Shown piece after piece: positions 56,485-64,000 of a stretch of 64,000 nucleotides of DNA; positions within the stretch are counted from its first letter, which is position 1; every line of letters starts with the position of its first letter. A program made the position numbers and the translations under genes. Location: contig CAYPPX010000001.1 of NCBI GenBank assembly GCA_964412775.1, positions 226,699-290,698 of the forward strand, given 5' to 3'. This DNA comes from an uncultured Pseudomonadales bacterium (GTDB lineage: Bacteria > Patescibacteriota > Microgenomatia > UBA1400 > PJMF01). The notes under the pieces are model-generated. The model had not been told where the DNA came from, made no database searches, and saw nothing but the letters and a program-made list of their open reading frames with translations.

Positions 56485-56580
56485 TGCTGAATATTTCCAG
56501 ATTATACCAGTCTTCTTTTCACAGGACTATCTTAAACTCAACTCTTGAGAGTGTAACCATAAATTAGTAGACTGTTACTT

Positions 56581-57108
56581 ATGAAAAATTATTTATTGTT
56601 GTTGGTGCTATTAGTTTTTTCAGTGTTTTTTTCTGCATGCCAGGCCCCAGATGGTAGTGGAAAAGATTCTATTTTAGGCAACATTTTTGGTGGTAATAGT
56701 GATGGCACTACCACGGAAGAAAAAGAAGTGGTACCTCAAGTTGGTAAACCAGTGGCAGATGATTTTTCCCAGCCACTCACAGAAATGGCGCTGAAAAGTG
56801 GCTTAACAGATGCAGATTTACAAGCTGTTCGGCAAAAATTGGCTGAGGGTTTTGGTATGGATTTGGCTGAGGTTCAGATTACTGCCGAAAGCGAAAGTAA
56901 CCCTGATTTTATGACTGGTTATGTCAATGTGGGTGAAGGTGAGAGTGGTGGAATTTATTTTGCAGCAAAAACTGCCAGTGGTTGGGAAGTGGCGTATAAC
57001 GGAGTTGGTTTAGTTTATTGTGAAATTATTGATCAATACAATTTTCCAGTAGGGATGGTACCAAAATGCTATGATGTAAGTACTGGTACATCAAAAGATA
57101 GGGAATAA
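56581..57108 (+). CDS. Lipoprotein (signal peptide with lipobox)
   Basis: MKNYLLLLVLLVFSVFFSAC...; 175 aa. Confidence 0.5.
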   Translation: MKNYLLLLVLLVFSVFFSACQAPDGSGKDSILGNIFGGNSDGTTTEEKEVVPQVGKPVADDFSQPLTEMALKSGLTDADLQAVRQKLAEGFGMDLAEVQITAESESNPDFMTGYVNVGEGESGGIYFAAKTASGWEVAYNGVGLVYCEIIDQYNFPVGMVPKCYDVSTGTSKDRE

Positions 57109-57110
57109 AA

Positions 57111-58319
57111 ATGAAGTCATCTTTACTGAAAAAGTCGTTGATAATAGATCAGGCTGCTGCTGATATTTCTTTATACGATTCTTATTTTCAGCATCGGACC
57201 AAAAATAATTTACCATTTTTGGTAACAGCTGAAACACTACATCTTGAAAAAAGTGACAAGATTAAGTTGTTAGCTTTGGGACCAGCATTGAAAGAACTTT
57301 TAACTAATGCCTCAGAGTTGTACCAAAAGCCTTTTAATACTTATTTTATTAGGCCAGATGTTCTAGTTACAAGAGAAGGTATTAAAGTTTGCGAGATAGA
57401 AACACAACCATTTGGTTTAGCTTTAACTATTTTTTTACAAACTTCTCAACGTGAATGGAACAAGGTGCTTGGTCAGGATATAAGATATATTTTTACTGGT
57501 TTTATTGATTGGTGGAAACAAAATACAGGTGGTAATAAGGGAATTTTTGTTTATTCTGATCATACAGATCGATTTAAGGGGCAGCTTACTTATTTGGCTA
57601 ATAGTTTAAATAGTTATGGTGGTGATTTTTCTATTAGGTTTGTTGAAGATTTAACTAATGAAGATATTAAAAATAATTTCTTTTACCGTGCTTTTTATAC
57701 TTATGAAGCCGGTTTAGATAAATCAGTTGGTCATTTTTTGGCTAACAAACCAAAACTTTTTCCGCAAATAGATCCTTATTTTGAGGGCAAGTATTTATTA
57801 GCTGATTATTTTGCAGATAATAACTTAAGAAAAACACTATCTACTGAAACAATAAAGGTTTTAGATCAACTATTCTTACCAACTTGGTTTGTTAAGGATT
57901 CAGTTCCAGCTAATTTTCCTCTGGAAATTAAGAGTTGGGATGAAATTGTTAGTCATTCGAGAGATAAGTTGAAATTTGTAATTAAAATGGCAGGCAACCA
58001 TCCTGATGCTTCTTGGGCAAAAAGTGTAAATTTTTTACATAAAAAATCTAAGGTTCAGTTAACCCAGCTTTTTAAATCTATTAAAAATAGCAACCAGGAT
58101 TGGTTGATTCAACCTTTTATTGGTAATGAAAAAGTTAGTATTACTTATGCTACTGAAGATTTTGCTGACTTACTGGTTATGAGAGGGCGTATTAGGTTAA
58201 CTCCATATTTTGAATATAAAAGTGGTGCTTTACTTAATGTTAAAGCCACCATCAGAAGAAATACTTTATTAGTTCATGCTTCTAGTGATAGTGTTAATAC
58301 TGTTGTAAGTGATGATTAA
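57111..58319 (+). CDS. Hypothetical protein (402 aa)
   Basis: ORF with host codon usage; no motif recognised. Confidence 0.45.
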   Translation: MKSSLLKKSLIIDQAAADISLYDSYFQHRTKNNLPFLVTAETLHLEKSDKIKLLALGPALKELLTNASELYQKPFNTYFIRPDVLVTREGIKVCEIETQPFGLALTIFLQTSQREWNKVLGQDIRYIFTGFIDWWKQNTGGNKGIFVYSDHTDRFKGQLTYLANSLNSYGGDFSIRFVEDLTNEDIKNNFFYRAFYTYEAGLDKSVGHFLANKPKLFPQIDPYFEGKYLLADYFADNNLRKTLSTETIKVLDQLFLPTWFVKDSVPANFPLEIKSWDEIVSHSRDKLKFVIKMAGNHPDASWAKSVNFLHKKSKVQLTQLFKSIKNSNQDWLIQPFIGNEKVSITYATEDFADLLVMRGRIRLTPYFEYKSGALLNVKATIRRNTLLVHASSDSVNTVVSDD

Positions 58320-58325
58320 AAGCCG

Positions 58326-58901
58326 ATGATAAATTTAAAAAATAAAAAATACTTAGTTTTTGATTTTGATGGGACACTGGATGATTTGATTATTGATTGG
58401 AGTGGTTCAAGTAAAGGTTGGGTGGAGTTAGCAGAAAAACTAACAGGTAAAAAACAAAAAATTATTGGTAATTCATATGTTTTTCAGGGTGAGATTATTA
58501 AACAAGTTGGCAAAAGAGCTGCAACTGCCTTTCAAGAATTTACTAGAACTTATGAGATGGCTAATTACTCTGGTCATGAGCCCAAGATGATGTTAATCAA
58601 TTTTATTGAAAAAAATCAAGATAAATATCAGTTTTTTTTGTGGACTAGTAATCATAGCGAGGTGGTATTACCAGTGCTCAAAGAGTTGGGCTTAGTTGGT
58701 TTATTTAAAGTGATTGTTTCTAGGGATAGTGTAGCTTTACCCAAGCCAGATCCAGAAGGTTTTTCCCAAATTTTTATTCCTCAGACTGATAAAACTGACT
58801 ATTTAATGATTGGTGATAGTGATAACGATCGTTTATCAGCTGGTGCCGCTGGGATTGATTTTATTGATGTGCTTGATTTTATTAAACTAATTAACCAATA
58901 G
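58326..58901 (+). CDS. HAD-superfamily hydrolase
   Basis: YLVFDFDGTLDD motif I; MIGDSDND motif III/IV. Confidence 0.65.
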   Translation: MINLKNKKYLVFDFDGTLDDLIIDWSGSSKGWVELAEKLTGKKQKIIGNSYVFQGEIIKQVGKRAATAFQEFTRTYEMANYSGHEPKMMLINFIEKNQDKYQFFLWTSNHSEVVLPVLKELGLVGLFKVIVSRDSVALPKPDPEGFSQIFIPQTDKTDYLMIGDSDNDRLSAGAAGIDFIDVLDFIKLINQ

Positions 58902-59834
58902 ACCACTAACTGTCCCAGTTATAACTGCAAGGTCTGAAGTGATTTGTAAAACTGGTAACCAATACCAGCCAGTTTTTACATATTTTAGGTTTTTTTTGAT
59001 TGCCCAAAGACAATAACTAAAAAATAATAAAATTAAAACCATTTCCCCAAAATTAGTTAATAGTAATGAGAACTGAAATAAATAATTTAGAAAAATAAAA
59101 AATATTAATAAAAATAATAAAAAATAACGGATAAAAATTAAAGCTACCTTTGGTCTAAATAAATTCGCTTCGGCATCACCATAAGCAAAACGATAAATCA
59201 TCCTTATAAATGAATTAAGATTAGTCCTGGGCAACCAACCAACTTGAGCTTCTTTAGCAAAGGAAATCTGAATATTATTTTTGACCAATTGGTGAGCAAA
59301 GGCATAATCTTCGTTATGATTTAAAGTCTCATTAAAACCATCAGCTTTTTCCCAAGCTTTTTTGGTTATCAACATTGATCTTGTGGCCGGCAGAAAATTG
59401 TTTTCATTGACTTTATCTGGCATAACTAGAACATAAGGAATAACTGCTTGTTCGAAGTTATTGTTAGCTAAGCCATAATAGTAACCAGCAATCACTGGTG
59501 ATTTAGTTTGTTGGTATTTTTCAACTAGTTTTTCTAACCAATTTTTTTGTGGAATACAGCCAGCATCAGTAATGGCAATTAGTTCATTAGTCGTTTGTTT
59601 AATTGCCCAGTTTCTGCCAAGGCTGCGATTGCCTTTTTTTATAAAAATTTTTAGTTTATTTTTAAAGAATTTTTCTTGTTGAATTTTTTCTAAAACTTTT
59701 AGGCTGTTATCAGAAGAACCACCATCAGTAATAATAATTTCGGTTGGAGTTATGGTTTGCTTTTCAATAGCCGTTAGTAGTTGGTTGAGTGTGTTTTCTT
59801 CATTAAAGATAGTTATTACTAGACTTAATTTCAT
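58887..59834 (-). CDS. Family 2 glycosyltransferase with C-terminal membrane segments
   Basis: LSLVITIFNEENTL...IIITDGGSSDNS, AITDAGC (DxD-equivalent). Confidence 0.7.
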   Translation of the reverse strand: MKLSLVITIFNEENTLNQLLTAIEKQTITPTEIIITDGGSSDNSLKVLEKIQQEKFFKNKLKIFIKKGNRSLGRNWAIKQTTNELIAITDAGCIPQKNWLEKLVEKYQQTKSPVIAGYYYGLANNNFEQAVIPYVLVMPDKVNENNFLPATRSMLITKKAWEKADGFNETLNHNEDYAFAHQLVKNNIQISFAKEAQVGWLPRTNLNSFIRMIYRFAYGDAEANLFRPKVALIFIRYFLLFLLIFFIFLNYLFQFSLLLTNFGEMVLILLFFSYCLWAIKKNLKYVKTGWYWLPVLQITSDLAVITGTVSGLLVN

Positions 59835-59861
59835 CTTCGGTTATTATAGCTTTAAATACTG

Positions 59862-60875
59862 TTGTTTTTAATGAAAAAAATCTTAATTTTTACTCCATCA
59901 TTCTTTCCCAAATTGGGTGGTGTTGAGCGTCATGTTTTGGAAACCACCAATCAACTGATTAAAAAAGGCTATTCAGTTAAAGTTCTCACGGAAAAAACTA
60001 CTGAGCTTAAAAAGTTTGAGAAAAAATCTTTGTTGAGGATTTATCGGTTTAGTTATCCCAAAATTAAATATGTTGGTTTGTTTAGTATTTGGTGGCGACT
60101 CTTAACCCAGTACTATTCTTTAATTAAAGAAGCTGATGTAATTCATATTCATGATATTTTTGTATGGTACTTACCGTTTAGATTGATGTTCTGGCGCAAA
60201 CCAGTGGTAACTACTTTTCATGGTTGGGAGGGGGTATTTCCGTTACCACCACAAAATAAATTTTGGAGGAAATTAGGAGTGTTACTTTCATCCAAGACTG
60301 TAGCTGTTGGTCACTATTTAGAAAAACATTACCACTTTAAAGCTGATCACGTTATTTATGGTGGAGTCCATTTACCAAAGACAAATTATCAAAAAAAAGA
60401 TCTGTTACTTTATGTCGGTCGGTTAGATTATGATACTGGGCTACCTTTATTGTTACAAAGTCTGAAAAATAAACCATGGTTAGGTGAAGTAGTTTTTTGT
60501 GGTGATGGAGTCTTAAAAGATCAAGCTAGACTTTATGGTCAGGTAGTTGGTTTCAAAAATCCATTACCATACTTGAAAAAAGCCAAAGTAGTATTTGCAG
60601 GTGGTTATTTGTCAATTTTGGAAGCTTTTGCTTATAGGTGTTTAGTGGTGGCTGCTTATAATAACCCTCTAAAAAGAGACTATTTTTCTTTATCGCCATT
60701 AGGAAGGTTTGTTCAAGTCGTTAGTAATGACCAAGAACTGACAATGAAACTTAATTTTTTGGCTAAGAAAAATAATTTTAACCAAAGTAAGCTAGATCAA
60801 GCTTATTCATTGGCTAAAGAACAAAGTTGGGTAAGGGTGGCTGATCTTTATCAACAAATTTATCAGCAGTTATAG
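59862..60875 (+). CDS. Glycosyltransferase (GT4/GT1-like, GT-B fold)
   Basis: ILIFTPSFFPKLGGVERHVLE N-terminal motif. Confidence 0.55.
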   Translation: MFLMKKILIFTPSFFPKLGGVERHVLETTNQLIKKGYSVKVLTEKTTELKKFEKKSLLRIYRFSYPKIKYVGLFSIWWRLLTQYYSLIKEADVIHIHDIFVWYLPFRLMFWRKPVVTTFHGWEGVFPLPPQNKFWRKLGVLLSSKTVAVGHYLEKHYHFKADHVIYGGVHLPKTNYQKKDLLLYVGRLDYDTGLPLLLQSLKNKPWLGEVVFCGDGVLKDQARLYGQVVGFKNPLPYLKKAKVVFAGGYLSILEAFAYRCLVVAAYNNPLKRDYFSLSPLGRFVQVVSNDQELTMKLNFLAKKNNFNQSKLDQAYSLAKEQSWVRVADLYQQIYQQL

Positions 60876-61895
60876 TTTTCTAATCTTTTTTCTAATGGTT
60901 TCAAATAGATAAGTTGGCCAGTAAAAGAGTGATGTTGGAATATCATGGGCTGGTAAGTAGTTAACTTCTTGTCCACCAAAACCACGTTTGAACAGTGATA
61001 CTCCAGCAAAGCGATGGTTTAGTTCTTCTTTTGGTGCAATCCCCCAAAAATTATAAGTTTTACAAGTTCTTTTTTTAGCTTCATGAATAGCTGCTACTTG
61101 GCAAGCATAGGCACCAGGTAGTTTATAATTAGCTTCGGTAGAAATACCATAATGATAGACAGCTTCATGGTTGTAGAAAATTACAAAAGCTGAAGCTAAT
61201 AATTGGTTGTTTTGGTAGCTAGAGAATAACACCACTTGGTTATTTTTTAGAAAAGTCTCAAACTGTTTAAATAAAAATTCGTATGAGAAAGGGATAAAAT
61301 GGTGTTTTTGGGCAACTGTTAATTGTTGTTCATAGAATTCTTTAATTTTTTTTGGATCTTGTGATTGTTTAACTGTAATCCCTTTTTTTTCTATCTGTTT
61401 GATTTCATAGCGAGTATTTTTTCTCATTTCTTTGAGCAAGGTTTCATAGTCTTTGGTGAGATCTAGTTGTAAAGTTAGATCGGCGGTCAAATGCATAGGA
61501 GAAGGAATAATCTTGAAATTATTTAGTTTTTCTCTTATTTCTGGTGAATCAGTAACTTGTGGCCTAAATCTAATAAATAGACACTGTTCTTGTTGAGCCA
61601 ATTTTTTCAAAAACTCTACTAATTTTTGAAATAATTTATTTTCCAATTTTTTCCAATCTAAGAGTGGACCACCGGCAATAGTTAGATAATTACCTCGTTT
61701 GGCGTTTTCCTTAACGGCTTGAAAGATTACTTTGGTTTCGTTATTTTCTTTTAGGACAAATCTAAAAACTTTTTTATTTAGTTTTTGTTCAAACTCACCC
61801 CAATAGTATGATTGTAAAAAATTGGCCTCAGGAAAACTAGCGACTAGTTTTTCCCACTCTTGTTCGGTAGTAATTTCTTGAAATTCACCTGACAT
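60870..61895 (-). CDS. FemAB-family / GNAT-fold peptidyl-transferase-like protein
   Basis: 341 aa; FLQSYYWGEFEQ N-terminal motif typical of FemAB/Acetyltransf_6 proteins. Confidence 0.45.
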   Translation of the reverse strand: MSGEFQEITTEQEWEKLVASFPEANFLQSYYWGEFEQKLNKKVFRFVLKENNETKVIFQAVKENAKRGNYLTIAGGPLLDWKKLENKLFQKLVEFLKKLAQQEQCLFIRFRPQVTDSPEIREKLNNFKIIPSPMHLTADLTLQLDLTKDYETLLKEMRKNTRYEIKQIEKKGITVKQSQDPKKIKEFYEQQLTVAQKHHFIPFSYEFLFKQFETFLKNNQVVLFSSYQNNQLLASAFVIFYNHEAVYHYGISTEANYKLPGAYACQVAAIHEAKKRTCKTYNFWGIAPKEELNHRFAGVSLFKRGFGGQEVNYLPAHDIPTSLFYWPTYLFETIRKKIRKL

Positions 61896-63096
61896 GGTTT
61901 TTTATTATAGTCACAATTTGTTCTGCATCGCTAATGCTTATTTGTGGGTGAGTTGGCAAATTGATGATTTTATTAGCGACTAGTTCCGCATTTGGACAAG
62001 AATTTTTTTGGTAAGTTGTCATACACTGAGCCTGACCACAGTCAACTGGTTGCCGATACCATCGGTCAGCTAAGTAAATCTGTTTTTGTGCTAAAGTATC
62101 AATCAATTTTGGCCAGTTTTTAATTAGTAAGGCGAATCTTAGTAGTGAACCATGGGTTAAAAATTGTTGGTTAGTAAAAATTTCTAAGTTCAATTTTTTT
62201 AGTTCATCAAAGTAAAACTGACTAATTTTTTGTCTATGTTGATGAGTTATTTTTAGTTTATCAATTTGCAAGCTTACTAACTTTGCAAAGTAACTGGGCA
62301 ATCCACATACAGTTTGAGTTGGTGAATTGATTGGTGAGTAAAACCAGTGAGTTTTTTTTACTAACCAATGAATTATTTTCCCAAAACCAATATGATAAGT
62401 TTTTCTGATTAGCCAACTGATAATTGGATAACTTAAATCTTTTAGAATAATTTTTTTGCTAGGTAAGTTTAATTTTTGGGTTTTGATGGTCGAATTTTTA
62501 AAAATAACCGCTCCACCAGTAACTCCATCGAGAATTTTATCTCTGCCAAATGAAAGAATGATTGCATCAGCATTAGTACCCAAAAGTTGGTTATTTTCAT
62601 CGGTAGCGCCAAAAGCTTGTGCCAGATCTTCGATTAAGATTATTTGGTTTTTTTTACACCAAACCTCTATTTTTTTAATTTCTGCTGGATGACCCAGACT
62701 ATGTTGAACAATGACGGCTTTAATGTCCAAAGTTGAGTTATTTTTAGCTTTTTCTAGGGTTTCAACAGTTAAGTTGAGTTGGCCTTGGCCAAGATCAGCA
62801 TAGACCGCAGTTGCTCCAGCGCGATTGATCCCTTCTTCAATTGCTATACAAGTGAAAGCTTGAGTAATTACTCCATGATTTTTATTAGTGATAGCCAATT
62901 CCTTAAGGCATAACTCGATAGCATCACGTCCTTTGTAAACAAAATTAATTTGACCAGCGAAATATTTGTTTAGTTTTGCTGTTAGTTCTTTTAAAGCAGT
63001 TTGTTGTTCTAGGCCAATTAGAGCTAAAACAAGTTGTTTAAAGCTTTCTAAAACAAATAAATTGGCGTAATTAGCCCCTAGGCTGGCATTAATCAT
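61885..63096 (-). CDS. DegT/DnrJ/EryC1/StrS-family PLP-dependent aminotransferase
   Basis: DAIILSFGRDKILDGVTGGAVIF (Lys in SFGRDK as PLP lysine). Confidence 0.65.
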   Translation of the reverse strand: MINASLGANYANLFVLESFKQLVLALIGLEQQTALKELTAKLNKYFAGQINFVYKGRDAIELCLKELAITNKNHGVITQAFTCIAIEEGINRAGATAVYADLGQGQLNLTVETLEKAKNNSTLDIKAVIVQHSLGHPAEIKKIEVWCKKNQIILIEDLAQAFGATDENNQLLGTNADAIILSFGRDKILDGVTGGAVIFKNSTIKTQKLNLPSKKIILKDLSYPIISWLIRKTYHIGFGKIIHWLVKKTHWFYSPINSPTQTVCGLPSYFAKLVSLQIDKLKITHQHRQKISQFYFDELKKLNLEIFTNQQFLTHGSLLRFALLIKNWPKLIDTLAQKQIYLADRWYRQPVDCGQAQCMTTYQKNSCPNAELVANKIINLPTHPQISISDAEQIVTIIKNHVR

Positions 63097-64000
63097 TTTT
63101 TCTTTGTAATAGTTTAGCTAATTCTAACGGAATGTGACCTTCAATGAGCAGGACATCATCTTGGTTGAATTTAGGTACAAGAGTAATTAGGGTTGGTAAG
63201 TGGTCAGTCATTTGGTGAGCAAAGACTTCTTTAAAAGCAGCTTTACCATCAGAACCAGTATAAAAAACTAGATCGACTACTGGTTTAGCAGCTCTAGCTA
63301 AATCTAGGTGAATTGATTCTGTTTCGTCACCTAGGTCAACAATTCCACCAGTAATTAAAATAGTGTTTTTATGTTGTTTTTTATAGTGGTTCAAAATAGC
63401 CAAAGCAGCTCTAAAACCTTTGGGATTAGTAGTTTTACCATCATTAATAATTAAGCAGTTAGTTTTGGGGTGAAAGTATGATTGGGTAAAGACATTTTCT
63501 GGTATAAATGATTTGATACCTTTAATAATTTTTTCTTTGGGAATATCTAAAACAAGCCCCAATTTAATAGCGGCAGCGATTGTTTCGGTATGATGTAAGC
63601 CAATTAAATTGGTAGTTAGTTTATCTTCAGCCCAGTAAACGTTCAAACGAGCTTTCTCATCTAACTGTTCTTTATGGAGGAGTGATTCTTGGTTGTGTGG
63701 TGAGTATGTTTGTCTTTTCTTACTTTCATCTTCTAAACAGATTTTTTCAGTACCTGGATCCATAGCATTGTGTAGGATTAAGCCATCTATCTTGGTTGCT
63801 TTAACTAGCTCTCCTTTGGCTTTGATAATGTTTTCTAAACTGCCAAAGAGAGCTAAATGCTGACTAGTTAGACCAGTAATCAAGGCAATATCTGGAGGAA
63901 AAAACTTGGCTAGTTTTTTGATTTCACCTTGTTTATAAGCAGCAAATTCGAGAAACAAAATTTCTTGGTTTTTATAGTTTTTGATCAGATCTAGAGCAAT
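63089..64000 (-). CDS. Mur-ligase family protein (MurF-like), N-terminus beyond window end
   Basis: Mur ligase central/C-terminal region (LITGLTSQHLALFGSLENIIKAKGEL); the frame remains open to the window edge. Confidence 0.5.
   Translation of the reverse strand: MALDLIKNYKNQEILFLEFAAYKQGEIKKLAKFFPPDIALITGLTSQHLALFGSLENIIKAKGELVKATKIDGLILHNAMDPGTEKICLEDESKKRQTYSPHNQESLLHKEQLDEKARLNVYWAEDKLTTNLIGLHHTETIAAAIKLGLVLDIPKEKIIKGIKSFIPENVFTQSYFHPKTNCLIINDGKTTNPKGFRAALAILNHYKKQHKNTILITGGIVDLGDETESIHLDLARAAKPVVDLVFYTGSDGKAAFKEVFAHQMTDHLPTLITLVPKFNQDDVLLIEGHIPLELAKLLQRKND

Noticed and set aside
1-64000. CRISPR arrays or cas genes
   Set aside because: No run of regularly spaced direct repeats was found by eye. 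The only repeat structures are the isolated elements reported above.

Overview
This is a low-GC window that looks like a CPR/Patescibacteria genome (possibly Saccharibacteria-like). Ribosomal-protein tails are extended, L30 is missing, there is a lamin-tail-domain protein, and many small accessory genes. Bases 1-21.6 kb hold a nearly uninterrupted translation super-operon on the + strand. It runs rpsL(partial)-rpsG-fusA-tuf, then a HAD/Nudix pair, then rpsJ through rpsI. No rpmD (L30) or map gene lies in the usual slots. A bidirectional terminator and a convergent hup gene close the block. Bases 21.7-34 kb are an accessory zone. It carries a VanZ membrane protein, a secreted lamin-tail-domain protein, a short sugar-phosphate nucleotidyltransferase, a patatin, three type-II (long variable arm) tRNAs, and a three-gene kinase/decarboxylase cassette. 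It also carries a strikingly GC-rich ~350-bp micro-insertion that encodes a 59-aa coiled-coil protein and has truncated a DUF488 gene, followed by cupin, flavodoxin, greA and a DedA membrane protein. Bases ~34.1-56.5 kb look like an integrated mobile/defence island. It is bounded by a tRNA 3'-like fragment on the left and tRNA-Ser(GCT) plus a large serine recombinase on the right. From left to right it contains a DUF2130 protein, an XRE-Panacea antitoxin-like gene with an overlapping small toxin candidate, and a DUF2779 dual-nuclease gene. Next comes a tightly packed minus-strand operon: a PLD-nuclease/SF2-helicase fusion, a 1177-aa MmeI/PglX-like N6-adenine methyltransferase, a membrane protein and a frameshifted macro-domain gene. 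This operon is the best candidate for an undescribed restriction/defence system. The island continues with a compositionally distinct (GC-richer) phage remnant (ParB-methyltransferase, second methyltransferase, small and large terminase), an XRE regulator, two PD-(D/E)xK nucleases and hypotheticals. The final ~7.5 kb encode cell-envelope glycosylation and peptidoglycan functions (glycosyltransferases GT2 and GT4-like, a FemAB-like protein, a DegT aminotransferase and a partial Mur ligase). All functional calls are from reading the translated ORFs for motifs. No database search was possible.
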